From an uncultured cyanobacterium (GTDB lineage: Bacteria > Cyanobacteriota > Cyanobacteriia > Pseudanabaenales > Pseudanabaenaceae), in assembly GCA_963703315.1 (NCBI GenBank), contig OY969811.1:32001-96000 (forward strand): a stretch of 64,000 nucleotides of DNA, written 5' to 3'. The position numbers and the translations under genes are program-made. Position 1 is the first letter of the stretch. Every line of letters starts with the position of its first letter. Positions 30,510-40,357 of this stretch are shown here, piece after piece. The notes under the pieces were generated by a model. That model saw nothing but the letters and a program-made list of their open reading frames with translations, was not told where the DNA came from and searched no databases.

Positions 30510-30738
30510 AATGGAAGATGATTTACGCCCCGAATACGACTTTACTCAACTCACTGTTGTCGCTCGTGGGCAAGGTAGAAAGCGATCATCTCTCACAGTC
30601 CAACTAGATCCTGATGTTGCCAAACTTTTCCCAGATTCAGGAGCAGTTAATGAAGGCTTGCGCTTATTAATGAGACTGATTAAGCAATCTCCATCTCAAC
30701 CCAATGAACAGTCTTTAACAACATCCAACAACTCGTAA
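30493..30738 (+). CDS. BrnA-like antitoxin
   Basis: DDLRPEYDF, VQLDPDVAKLFPDSGAVNEGLRLL; overlaps the BrnT 3' end. Confidence 0.7.
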   Translation: MNQDFEMEDDLRPEYDFTQLTVVARGQGRKRSSLTVQLDPDVAKLFPDSGAVNEGLRLLMRLIKQSPSQPNEQSLTTSNNS

Positions 30739-30987
30739 ATATAGCTTTTCACATATTTTAGGCGATCGCGTGTTGTAGAGATGCAGTTGGGAGCGATCGC
30801 TTTTTGATGAGTTATGATTATTTTAATTGCTCTAGGTAATTGATTATGGAATGGAAAGAGGTTTGTGAGAATAAACAGCTACAAGATTTACCCTTCAAAA
30901 TTGAGTTAAACAAGTGGGGGCAAATCGTCATGAGTCCAGTGTTTTGGATGGGTTGTGATTTACAGGCTATTGAAGCTTGAAGCAGTA

Positions 30988-31038
30988 CAAAGACATTTTT
31001 GAAAGCGCGGCAGAGCCGCGCTTTCAAAAATGTCTTTG
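30988..31038. repeat. Triloop palindrome (GC-AGA-GC)
   Basis: Perfect ~24-bp arms. Confidence 0.78.
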
Positions 31039-31178
31039 GGTTTTAATTTAGCGCAAAGCGCTGTAGGCGATTGCGGACATAACCTCAAGATAGCAAAATG
31101 TTATCCCCTAACTTAAAATCCATGACATTTGCGTTAAACTAAAAAAGATAAGTCTCTTAATTATGTAGTTGCTTTAAG

Positions 31179-31697
31179 ATGGAGTCACTGTTTTCTACTC
31201 AAGGCATCATGGTTATGCTACTTGGTGCATACGCTGTTGCTATGTGGATGTTCCTCACCAGCGCACCAAAAGTACATACGATCATGGTTTCTAATCTTGA
31301 TCAAGCACGATATTTTTATGAGGGTGAGTTAAAACTGGCGATCGCCGATGTGCCACTACATTATTACTATGGCTATGAGTATGGTATGGGCGCACCTGCT
31401 GACCCGATTTATATCCCTGCCGAAGCTAGAGTTGCCAAGTCAAAATATTCAGCAGACATGGAAGGCGCTTGGTATCAGTTAAAGAAAAACGTGCAACTGC
31501 ATATCGTTCCTGGGGCAAATATTACTGACCCAAATCGTGGGCGGCATATTTGTTTTAACCGTGATTGTGTAGAACAACTCTTGCTACAAATTCAGGTCAA
31601 AGGGATCAAGCACAAGATTCGGAGTGAAAAGCCATTAAATTTTTTAGTTAGAGACCCTGACGGACAGGTAATTGAAATCGCTGAAGTAATTAGTTAA
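31179..31697 (+). CDS. VOC/glyoxalase-like protein with N-terminal TM segment
   Basis: VHTIMVSNLDQARYFY, QLHIV, RHICF, FLVRDPDGQVIEI. Confidence 0.75.
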   Translation: MESLFSTQGIMVMLLGAYAVAMWMFLTSAPKVHTIMVSNLDQARYFYEGELKLAIADVPLHYYYGYEYGMGAPADPIYIPAEARVAKSKYSADMEGAWYQLKKNVQLHIVPGANITDPNRGRHICFNRDCVEQLLLQIQVKGIKHKIRSEKPLNFLVRDPDGQVIEIAEVIS

Positions 31698-31705
31698 AAA
31701 TACAT

Positions 31706-31772
31706 TTAAAACCCAGAAAAAACTTGGAAAGTACGTCTCTGCCATACTTTCCAAGTTTTTTCTGGGTTTTAA
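31706..31772. terminator. Long inverted repeat downstream of the VOC gene
   Basis: ~28-bp perfect arms TTAAAACCCAGAAAAAACTTGGAAAGTA. Confidence 0.6.
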
Positions 31773-31932
31773 CAGTGGCAGCACTTCGCACAGCCACTCT
31801 CAACTATCCAAATTAGACTTGGTATAACTTTCATGAGATAGTGTGATTTGTAACGCAACATCAACAAACAATCAGCTAATATGCATAGAATCAAGCCAAG
31901 CTTGACTTTATGCATATTACTTATTTCTCACG

Positions 31933-33324
31933 ATGCAACAATTAACACCCAACCCCAGCTTTAGCTTGACCTTTCGTGTACAGCTACTTAATCGCGCAGG
32001 AATGTTATCCTCAGTCATTAGCGCTCTGGCTGACGCGGGAGGGAACCTCGGACAGATTGATCTAATCCAGCAGACTCGCAAAATTTCGGTACGGGATATT
32101 ACCGTAAATGCCTATAGCTCTGAACACATGGATAAATTGATAGCTGTGGTGAAGGCAGTCCCCGAAATCCGAGTTTTAGATGTTTACGATCGCACTTTCC
32201 AAGTTCACAAAGGCGGCAAAATCCATCTTGAATCGAAGGTTGCCGTTAAGGGGCAAGATGATCTGGCAATGGTCTATACGCCGGGGGTAGGGCGTGTTTG
32301 TATGGCGATCGCGGAAGACAAGCGTAAAGTCTATGACTACACGATCAAGTGCAATACGATCGCGGTGGTTACCGATGGCACGGCAGTACTCGGACTGGGT
32401 GATATTGGTCCTGAAGCAGCGATGCCTGTGATGGAAGGTAAGGCGATGTTATTTAAACAATTTGCAGGACTAGATGCATTTCCAATCTGTCTTAATACCA
32501 AAGATGTTGATGAAATTGTCGAAACCGTGAAGCGTATTTCTCCAGCCTTTGGCGGTGTTAATCTCGAAGATATTAGCGCCCCTCGATGCTTTGAAATCGA
32601 AAAGCGTCTCAAAGAAGAATTAGATATTCCTGTGTATCATGATGATCAGCATGGCACAGCAGTTGTCGTTGTGGCTGCGACGATTAACGCGCTCAAAGTG
32701 GTTAGCAAACCAATCGATACTGTCCGCATTGTCATGAACGGTGCAGGAGCTTCAGGAATTGCGGTAGCCAGACTCTTACGGGAAGCGGGGGTAAAACGCA
32801 TTTCTATGTGTGATTCTAAGGGCTGTATCAGTAAGGATCGGACTGACTTGACTGCGGAGAAATTAGAATTTGTCAGCGAGGTATCTGGTTCTCTGGCTGA
32901 TGTGATTAAGGGAGCCGATATGTTTATTGGTCTGAGTGTCAAGGGTGCGCTCACTCCTGAAATGGTCAGAAGTATGGCTCCTGCACCAATTGTCTTTGCA
33001 ATGGCAAATCCCAATCCTGAAATTCAACCTGAACTTGTAGAAAATGATGTTGCGGTAATTGCTACAGGGCGCAGTGACTACGCCAACCAAATCAATAACG
33101 TCTTGGCATTCCCTGGAATCTTCCGAGGTGCGCTCGATGCCAGAGTTACCAAAATCACAACTCAGATGAATTTAGGTGCTGCCCAAGCGATCGCCTCTCT
33201 AGTGAGCAGTAGTGATCTCGCCCCTGATTTTATTATTCCCTCAGTGTTTGATCCCCGTGTTTCCCATGCTGTCTCTGCCGCCGTTCATGCAGTGGCACGT
33301 CAACAAGGACTAGCTAACGCCTAA
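31933..33324 (+). CDS. NAD(P)-dependent malic enzyme with N-terminal ACT domain
   Basis: VYTPGV, TDGTAVLGLGDIG, VMEGKA, HDDQHGTA, NQINNVLAFPG. Confidence 0.9.
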   Translation: MQQLTPNPSFSLTFRVQLLNRAGMLSSVISALADAGGNLGQIDLIQQTRKISVRDITVNAYSSEHMDKLIAVVKAVPEIRVLDVYDRTFQVHKGGKIHLESKVAVKGQDDLAMVYTPGVGRVCMAIAEDKRKVYDYTIKCNTIAVVTDGTAVLGLGDIGPEAAMPVMEGKAMLFKQFAGLDAFPICLNTKDVDEIVETVKRISPAFGGVNLEDISAPRCFEIEKRLKEELDIPVYHDDQHGTAVVVVAATINALKVVSKPIDTVRIVMNGAGASGIAVARLLREAGVKRISMCDSKGCISKDRTDLTAEKLEFVSEVSGSLADVIKGADMFIGLSVKGALTPEMVRSMAPAPIVFAMANPNPEIQPELVENDVAVIATGRSDYANQINNVLAFPGIFRGALDARVTKITTQMNLGAAQAIASLVSSSDLAPDFIIPSVFDPRVSHAVSAAVHAVARQQGLANA

Positions 33325-33377
33325 AAATCAAAAGGGTAAAATGAAAAGGGTCATGCGTCGCATGACCCTTTTCATTT

Positions 33378-34046
33378 TTATTTTTGCATGGTGATAAATT
33401 CATCAACTAAATTTAACAGTCGTTCGATCGCCTCATTGAGATTGAGTGACTTCACTGGAAATCCATGAGCAACACGATTTCTAATTTCATTTAAGGCGAT
33501 CGCCCTTGCAAATTGATCTTCCGAAATCTCCGACTGTTGATGGAGATGATGAATCATTAAAGTCGTCGGTAATCGGTCAATAGGAATTAACGCTTGCCTT
33601 GCGTATCTTCGCATTAAGACTTCAGCAAAAATCCAAAGTGATAGAAAGGCAGCCTCATGCTCACCAATCGAAATCAATTTCGCAATCCGTTCCTTACGAT
33701 GTAAAATTTGCGATCGCGTTAATTTTTGATCAGCAATATCTTCTTCCGCGATCGGTGTGGCATCTTCACCAGTAATTAGTAGAAAACGCCAACCACTATA
33801 GCCAGATATAACCTTGGCTAATTCACGATAGTGGCTGATGGACAAATTGGAAGCTATATTCTCAATCTCGACAATAAACCCTTGATGCTCTGAGAGCTTT
33901 ACCAATAAATCTGGTTCATACTGAGCTAAATCAAAGGGAATTTGATGGATATTGGGCTGAGAAATAACCTCATATCCTTGAGAGCTATAACATTGAGCAA
34001 CTTTTGTTTTGAGCAAATTCTTAATATCTATATGATCTAAACACAT
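33378..34046 (-). CDS. Hypothetical protein, restriction-endonuclease-like N-terminus and HEPN-like C-terminus
   Basis: YEPDLLV...FIVEI and IRNRVAHG (RxxxxH) motifs. Confidence 0.55.
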   Translation of the reverse strand: MCLDHIDIKNLLKTKVAQCYSSQGYEVISQPNIHQIPFDLAQYEPDLLVKLSEHQGFIVEIENIASNLSISHYRELAKVISGYSGWRFLLITGEDATPIAEEDIADQKLTRSQILHRKERIAKLISIGEHEAAFLSLWIFAEVLMRRYARQALIPIDRLPTTLMIHHLHQQSEISEDQFARAIALNEIRNRVAHGFPVKSLNLNEAIERLLNLVDEFITMQK

Positions 34047-34101
34047 TCATAAGTCCTGCTGCATTTGTTTTAGGAAACTTAGAAAACTTGTGGAACCTGC
34101 A

Positions 34102-35421
34102 CTACATAAAATCGCGAGGATCGGTGATATGTCCTGTCAAAGCAGATGCTGCGGCAGTATAGGGTGAAGCAAGGTAAATCTGTGCTTGCTTATTACCCAT
34201 CCGTCCGGGGAAGTTACGGTTTGTCGTCGAGACACAAACTTCTGCTTCATTGACGCGCCCAAAGGTATCTTGCGGACCACCTAAGCAAGCAGCACAGGAA
34301 GGAGAAGCGGGTTCAATGCAACCTGCTTGTAAGAAGATTTCTGAAAGCGTTAAGCCATCAATCTTCAAGTTAAAGAGATCGTTGTATACCTTTTGGGTAG
34401 CAGGTACAAGATAGGTAGGAACTTTGACCTGTTGACCTTTGATGATTTTGGCGGCGTGATAGAAGTCCTCAGACTTGCCTCCAGTGCAGGAACCAATATA
34501 AACACGATCAATCTTGACATCTTGGACTTCTCTTACAAGAGCGCGATTGTCAGGAGAGTGAGGTTTAGCAACGACAGGTTCCAACTTCGAGACATCATAA
34601 TGCTTCACATAGTAGTACTGAGCATCATTATCAGCATAGAGAGATTCAAAGGGCTTATCGGTACGCGATCGCACATAGTCAAAGGTAGTTTGGTCTGGTG
34701 CAATCACGCCATTTTTACCACCCGCCTCGATCGCCATATTGCAAAGAGTCATGCGCTCTTCCATTGTTAATTGGGCGATCGCTTCGCCTTCAATCTGCAT
34801 CGCTCGATAATTAGCACCACTCACACTGATGTCACCAATGACTTGCAAAATCAGATCCTTTGCCAACAAGTAAGGAGGCATTTCGCCATCAAAGACAAAC
34901 TTCATCGAAGCGGGTACTTTTAGCAACAATTTGCCCGTACCCATGACAAAGGCAGCATCAGTATTACCAATACCTGTGGCAAACTGTCCAAAGGCTCCTG
35001 CATTACAAGTATGCGAGTCAGTACCAAATAGAACTTCTCCAGGGCGAGTGTGACCTTCTTGAGCTAGTGCTACGTGGCAAACGCCTTTGTAGTCAGGATT
35101 AGCCTTAAAGTTAGCAAGATCGGTAATGTCGTAAAAGTATTTAATATCTTGCTCTTTCGCAAAGTCGCGCAAAATATCGACATTGCGGTTTGCTCTTGCA
35201 TCTTTGGTAAAAATATAGTGATCGGGAATCAAGACGATTTTTTCTTTATCCCAGACCTGAGCTTCACTACCAAATTCTTTTTTAAAAATGCCAATCGTTC
35301 CAGGTCCGCAAACATCATGGGTCATCAGTAGGTCAGCATTCACCCAAATATTTTCGCCTGGAGTAACGTGGCTTTTTCCCGAAGCTTTTGCTAAAATCTT
35401 TTCGGTGAGTGTCATTCCCAT
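34102..35421 (-). CDS. leuC: 3-isopropylmalate dehydratase large subunit
   Basis: DSHTC, YIGSCTGG, CAACLG, STTNRNFPGRMG. Confidence 0.92.
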   Translation of the reverse strand: MGMTLTEKILAKASGKSHVTPGENIWVNADLLMTHDVCGPGTIGIFKKEFGSEAQVWDKEKIVLIPDHYIFTKDARANRNVDILRDFAKEQDIKYFYDITDLANFKANPDYKGVCHVALAQEGHTRPGEVLFGTDSHTCNAGAFGQFATGIGNTDAAFVMGTGKLLLKVPASMKFVFDGEMPPYLLAKDLILQVIGDISVSGANYRAMQIEGEAIAQLTMEERMTLCNMAIEAGGKNGVIAPDQTTFDYVRSRTDKPFESLYADNDAQYYYVKHYDVSKLEPVVAKPHSPDNRALVREVQDVKIDRVYIGSCTGGKSEDFYHAAKIIKGQQVKVPTYLVPATQKVYNDLFNLKIDGLTLSEIFLQAGCIEPASPSCAACLGGPQDTFGRVNEAEVCVSTTNRNFPGRMGNKQAQIYLASPYTAAASALTGHITDPRDFM

Positions 35422-35709
35422 AGTTGTGATGTCCTTGTGTAGATGCTGATTCCTACTTGCGTTTTACAAATTAAATAGTAATGCTAAAGAAGTAATAATT
35501 TCTGAGTAATGAAGTGTCGCGCTTTGCGTGGCACTTCACTACTTCTTTAGGAATACCACTTAAATTATAGTCTGAGATCGGAAATTTTGTGATACTAAGC
35601 AACCTTTAGTGGTGTGCAGCTTTGCCTCACATCATTAAAGGTTCCCATAGATATAGGCGATCGCCTATACTAATATCGTTAAATTTTAAGTATTTAAGTA
35701 GATTCTCCT

Positions 35710-36897
35710 ATGACTAAATTTCTCCCCATTGCGTCATGGCTCTTGGGAGCCTTATCTTTGAGCGCTCTTGTGGGTTGTAGTGATAACTCCATTGCGATTA
35801 AGCCCCCAATTAATTCTCAAAATACTTCAGTAGCCGCAACCCCAAAATTAGAGTCATCTAACCTTGCTACTACTGCATCTCCTACAACTTCAGTAGCTCA
35901 AGTTCCCCCAGTACAAGGAAATCTTCTAGATGCATCCCAAAAAATGCAGCTTCAGGAATTAGCCGTGCCGATTGTTGTACCGACCTATCTCCCTGAAGGA
36001 TTTCGCTTGATTAAACTTGATTCTGGGAAGGAAGAGTTACGCTCTGGTAGTTATGCTTACTATTCCATTCTTTATCGGGGCGAAAACGATACTTGCTTGG
36101 ATATTTCTTTGAATACCGATCCTGCAATGTTGACTTCACGGATGCCAAGAAGGTTTATACAAATTCCAATTAGTCAGAAAGAAGTAACGATCATTTATGG
36201 CAAGTTAGAAGATAAATCTATTACATTAGGGCGCTTTGGAGTTGCAAATGGATCGCCCAATAGTGCATATATGCTCAGAACTGGAGGCTGGATGCCTTCT
36301 GGTCAAGAGGGAAAAAATATTCGTTGTAATTCTATTAGTGAAGAAGAGTACAACAAAGTATTGCAATCCCTAAAAGTGCTAGATTTTAAAGAAAATACGA
36401 GTACCAACAATTCACTAGATCAAAGTGCGATCGCGTCCAATTCCAGCAATTCTGACAATCTCTTGTCCGTAGAGCAGAAAGAGCAATTATCTCAATTAGG
36501 GATTGAAGTGATCTTACCAACTTATTTGCCTATGGGAACTAAACTTGACAGCTTTAAGGCATCCAAAAAGAAAACCTCACAAATTGCCGACTCTTCTTTT
36601 TACAATATTCAATATATTGGCACAGACAACACTTGTCTTGAAGCAGGATCTGGCTATCAATCAATGTGGCAAAAGAATCCCAGTAAGATTCAAATTGACA
36701 CGAAGGTTGGAGTCGTTGAAGTTTCTTCGGGAACTCATAGTCGTAGTGGAACCTTGCAGCACTGGGGCTGGATTCGGAAGAATGCGGAAGGTCAGTCTTT
36801 GATTACAGGGGGAAGATCCTCCACTGGAAAGCCTTGCAATCCGATCAATTTTGAGGAATATAAAAAGGTTTTGCAATCGCTGGAAGTCCTAAAATAG
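35710..36897 (+). CDS. Lipoprotein with two internal repeated domains
   Basis: Lipobox LVGC; repeats of PTYLP...Y.I.Y.G..NTCL...C..I..EEY.KVLQSL. Confidence 0.7.
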   Translation: MTKFLPIASWLLGALSLSALVGCSDNSIAIKPPINSQNTSVAATPKLESSNLATTASPTTSVAQVPPVQGNLLDASQKMQLQELAVPIVVPTYLPEGFRLIKLDSGKEELRSGSYAYYSILYRGENDTCLDISLNTDPAMLTSRMPRRFIQIPISQKEVTIIYGKLEDKSITLGRFGVANGSPNSAYMLRTGGWMPSGQEGKNIRCNSISEEEYNKVLQSLKVLDFKENTSTNNSLDQSAIASNSSNSDNLLSVEQKEQLSQLGIEVILPTYLPMGTKLDSFKASKKKTSQIADSSFYNIQYIGTDNTCLEAGSGYQSMWQKNPSKIQIDTKVGVVEVSSGTHSRSGTLQHWGWIRKNAEGQSLITGGRSSTGKPCNPINFEEYKKVLQSLEVLK

Positions 36898-36975
36898 ACT
36901 AGATTGGGGCGTAAAAAAACACAAATAGACCCGTTATTTTGAATAAATAAGGTAGGTTAACAGTATGATAAGTTC

Positions 36976-38100
36976 ATGAATCAATATTTTGCAACTGTGG
37001 CGAGGGGCTTAGAAGCACTTGCAGCACAGGAATTAGAACAATTAGGCGCACATTCCGTTGAGGCGGGATTTTGTGGTGTGAGCTTTGAAGGCGATCGCAC
37101 TTTACTGTATCGCGTTAATCTTTGGGCGCGTTTACCATTCCGCATCTTGATGCATCTTGATCAGTTTGATTGCCTTGATGCCGATGATCTCTATCAAGGA
37201 ATTAAAGCGATCGACTGGTCAGAATTTTTAACTCCTGAAATGACTTTAGCGGTGAATGCTACTGGTAAAAACGATCGCCTCAATCATACGCATTTCACGG
37301 CGCTTCAAGTTAAGAATGCGATCGTTGATCAGCAGAAAGAAAGATTTGGCGAGAGATCGGATGTGGATGTGCAGGAAGCTGATTTGCGAATCGGGGTACA
37401 TATTGACGACAATGGTTGCACAGTCAGCCTCGATAGCTCTGGCAATAGTCTCCACCGTCGCGGTTATCGTCCTGCCGTAGGTGCAGCACCACTAAAGGAA
37501 TCCCTTGCGGCTGCCTTAATCCAGATGTCAGGTTGGCAACCCGATCAAATGTTTTATGATCCTCTCTGTGGCTCAGGAACCCTGCCCTTAGAAGCCAGTT
37601 TAAAAGCGCTAAATATTGCCCCCGGAATGTTTCGCGAGCATTTTGGCTTTGAGACTTGGCTAGATTTTGATCAAGAGCTTTTAGCACAACTAATTCAAGA
37701 AGCAGATGATAGTCGTTTAGATGCTTTACCTGCTCCCATCTGGGGTAGCGATCGCAATCCTGAGGTGGTCGATCAAGCGATCATCAATGCCAAAAATTGC
37801 GGTCTCTCTAATCATGTCTATTTCTCAGCCTTAGAGCTTGCGGAAGTCGTCGCTCCTGCTGATAGTGGCGTTCTCTTTTGCAATCCTCCCTATGGTGAGA
37901 GATTAGGACGCGATAGTGACTTGGGCGCTTTCTATAAGCAGTTAGGGAATGTACTCAAACAGCGTTTTAAGGGATGGACGGCTTTTGTACTGAGTGGGAA
38001 TAAGGAGCTATCACAAACGATTGGGTTAAAGTCTTCTCAACGCACAGCCGTTTTAAATGGAACTTTACCCTGTCAATTAATGAAATATGAACTCTATTAA
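36976..38100 (+). CDS. THUMP-domain RNA methyltransferase (RlmL-like)
   Basis: LDSSGNSLHRRGYR, APLKESLAAA, DPLCGSGT, CNPPYGER. Confidence 0.88.
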   Translation: MNQYFATVARGLEALAAQELEQLGAHSVEAGFCGVSFEGDRTLLYRVNLWARLPFRILMHLDQFDCLDADDLYQGIKAIDWSEFLTPEMTLAVNATGKNDRLNHTHFTALQVKNAIVDQQKERFGERSDVDVQEADLRIGVHIDDNGCTVSLDSSGNSLHRRGYRPAVGAAPLKESLAAALIQMSGWQPDQMFYDPLCGSGTLPLEASLKALNIAPGMFREHFGFETWLDFDQELLAQLIQEADDSRLDALPAPIWGSDRNPEVVDQAIINAKNCGLSNHVYFSALELAEVVAPADSGVLFCNPPYGERLGRDSDLGAFYKQLGNVLKQRFKGWTAFVLSGNKELSQTIGLKSSQRTAVLNGTLPCQLMKYELY

Positions 38101-38111
38101 TCAATGGAGCT

Positions 38112-38257
38112 TATGTTACACAGAATCAGCTAAAACCCTCACCCCTAGCCCCTCTCCCATTAAGGGAGAGGGGAACAAGAAAAACTCTTACTCCCCTTCT
38201 CCCGTTCTGGGAGAAGGGGTTGGGGGATGAGGGCAATTTAGATTTTGCGTAAGTCCT
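38112..38257 (+). repeat. ~145-bp dispersed element with two CCCCT(C/T)CTCCC...GGGAGA(G/A)GGG hairpins (copy 1)
   Basis: Aligns by eye with the reverse complement of 39296-39442; ends TGCGTAAGTCCT. Confidence 0.8.
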
Positions 38258-38264
38258 CTATTGG

Positions 38265-39263
38265 CTATAAAGGTGGTAAATAACCCATTGCATCTTTGAC
38301 AGCGTTGAGGGTTTTAAAAGCAGTTTCAGATGCTTTCTCACGACCTTCTTTTAATACGCGATCGAGATAGCCCGACTCTTTTATCACTTGATCATATTTA
38401 GATTGAATTGGCTCAAGATGAGCGATCGCTGCATCCGTCAGCACCGTCTTAAAATCACCCCAACCGCGCCATGTAGCTGCCTCAGCTTGCACCTGTTCCT
38501 TAGTTTTATTCGCAAAAATTGCGTATAAGCCCAACAAATTATTGGCTTCAGGGCGATCGCTATCATCAAAGGCTAACTCGCGCACCGCATCCGTTTTACA
38601 CTTCTTGATTTTCTTAGCAATCTCATCGGGCTTGTCTAACAAATGAATCCGACTCATTTCTGAAGGATCAGACTTAGACATTTTTTTAGTGCCATCAGTG
38701 AGGCTCATCACCCTTGCACCTTCTTTGCGAATCAATGGCTCAGGTACTTTTAAAACGGTTGCAAATTGATCGTTAAATCTTCCCGCGACATCTCGCGTTA
38801 ATTCTAAATGTTGCTTCTGATCTTCACCGACAGGTACTAAGTCCGCTTGATATAGCAAAATATCCGCCGCCATCAGTACAGGATAGTCCAGCAAACCCAC
38901 GCCAACATTTTCGCCTTGTTTGATAGCTTTCTCTTTGAACTGAATCATGCGCTCTAACCAATTTAGCGGCGTGATGCAATTCAGCAGCCATGTGAGTTCA
39001 GCATGGGCGGACACATGGGACTGCACAAAAATGGTGGAAATGCTCGGATCAATGCCGCAAGCAATATATAGCGCTGCAATATCGCGGGTATTGCTCGCTA
39101 AGGTTTTGGGATCGTGAGGAACGGTAATCGCGTGCAGATCGACAACACAAAAGAAATTTTCGTAATCAGCCTGAGTCTCTACCCAGTTGCGAATTGCGCC
39201 CAAATAATTGCCAATATGAAGATTGCCAGTTGGTTGTACGCCAGATAGAACTCGTTTTTGCAT
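38265..39263 (-). CDS. trpS: Tryptophan--tRNA ligase
   Basis: HIGN, VPVGEDQKQHLEL, KMSKS; ATG at 39263 preferred. Confidence 0.96.
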   Translation of the reverse strand: MQKRVLSGVQPTGNLHIGNYLGAIRNWVETQADYENFFCVVDLHAITVPHDPKTLASNTRDIAALYIACGIDPSISTIFVQSHVSAHAELTWLLNCITPLNWLERMIQFKEKAIKQGENVGVGLLDYPVLMAADILLYQADLVPVGEDQKQHLELTRDVAGRFNDQFATVLKVPEPLIRKEGARVMSLTDGTKKMSKSDPSEMSRIHLLDKPDEIAKKIKKCKTDAVRELAFDDSDRPEANNLLGLYAIFANKTKEQVQAEAATWRGWGDFKTVLTDAAIAHLEPIQSKYDQVIKESGYLDRVLKEGREKASETAFKTLNAVKDAMGYLPPL

Positions 39264-39295
39264 GGAAAGTGATTTATCAATAAATTGAGTAGCAA

Positions 39296-39442
39296 GGGGC
39301 TTACGCAAAGTCCAAACTGCCCTCATCCCCCAACCCCTTCTCCCAGAACAGGAGAAGGGGAGTAAGAGACTTTTCTTGTTCCCCTCTCCTTTTTTGGGAG
39401 AGGGGCTAGGGGTGAGGGGCTTAACAATTTCTGCGTAATTCT
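39296..39442 (-). repeat. ~145-bp dispersed element (copy 2, inverted)
   Basis: Imperfect terminal repeats GGCTTACGCA...TGCGTAATT enclosing the two hairpins. Confidence 0.8.
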
Positions 39443-40101
39443 TATAGGTTGGGATTACAGGTCGATAAGGTATTTACAGGAACAGGGGAGGGAAAAACGA
39501 TCGCTCGACAAAAAGGTAAGCTCACTTTTCCTAAATCCTGCTCAAAAGCTTTCGGTATTGTACCAATTAGTGTTTCGACTATACTCTTGCGCAGATCAGA
39601 TGGGGCAACTTGGTAAATAACACTCAGCATATCGTCAGGAAACCATGCTCTGACCAAGATTAAAAGTTCATTGACGGTGATGGCGCGATCGCGGTTATCA
39701 GGCACTAGCCTAATCCCAACTAAGCGCTCCCGTTCAAAATAAATATTTGCCGTAAAACCTCTGACATAGACCAATTTGCGATCGGGCAGCGCGTACAGTC
39801 CCTCGCCTCCTGGTTGCAAATGATGCATCGTATATTCATCACGATGAATTGTGGCAATTGCTGCCCAATTATTATCCTTGGCATACTCAAAAAATTGCTT
39901 CTCTAACATACCGAGATGCAAAGTTGTGGGCTGTAATGGTGGACGCGCCCTTGTTTGTAAGCTCGGTAATGTCCTGACTGTACCTAATTTTTCTTCGGCA
40001 GAACCCTCCGATCGCGCCATAGGCGTGTAGGCGATCGCGCTCAAGAAAGTATAGGCGATCGCAAAACTGGTGCAGATATAAAAGTTAAATCTAATCGCCA
40101 T
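39442..40101 (-). CDS. Hypothetical exported protein
   Basis: 219-aa ORF with hydrophobic N-terminus. Confidence 0.6.
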   Translation of the reverse strand: MAIRFNFYICTSFAIAYTFLSAIAYTPMARSEGSAEEKLGTVRTLPSLQTRARPPLQPTTLHLGMLEKQFFEYAKDNNWAAIATIHRDEYTMHHLQPGGEGLYALPDRKLVYVRGFTANIYFERERLVGIRLVPDNRDRAITVNELLILVRAWFPDDMLSVIYQVAPSDLRKSIVETLIGTIPKAFEQDLGKVSLPFCRAIVFPSPVPVNTLSTCNPNL

Positions 40102-40357
40102 ATTCTAATCGCCATTTAATTATGGATACGGCTGACGGCATTGATGTTTCTAGTTACTACCTTATCAGACATAAGGAAGGAATTTTTAGTGGCGCGGCTT
40201 AGCCGCGTTTTACTTTGGTGCGTGCCTAAACAAGAACATTTAAAATACTACCCATTTGATAATATGAAAATTTCAAGCCCTGATATTTTTTATTAAAGTG
40301 GTGTAGCTGTTTCATGTTATAGGTAACAATTAGCCGTTTCTGTGCAATTTTTAATTT

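Noticed and set aside
30818..31027. 69-aa minus-strand ORF
   Set aside because: Begins at a TTG inside a palindromic repeat and has no recognisable motif
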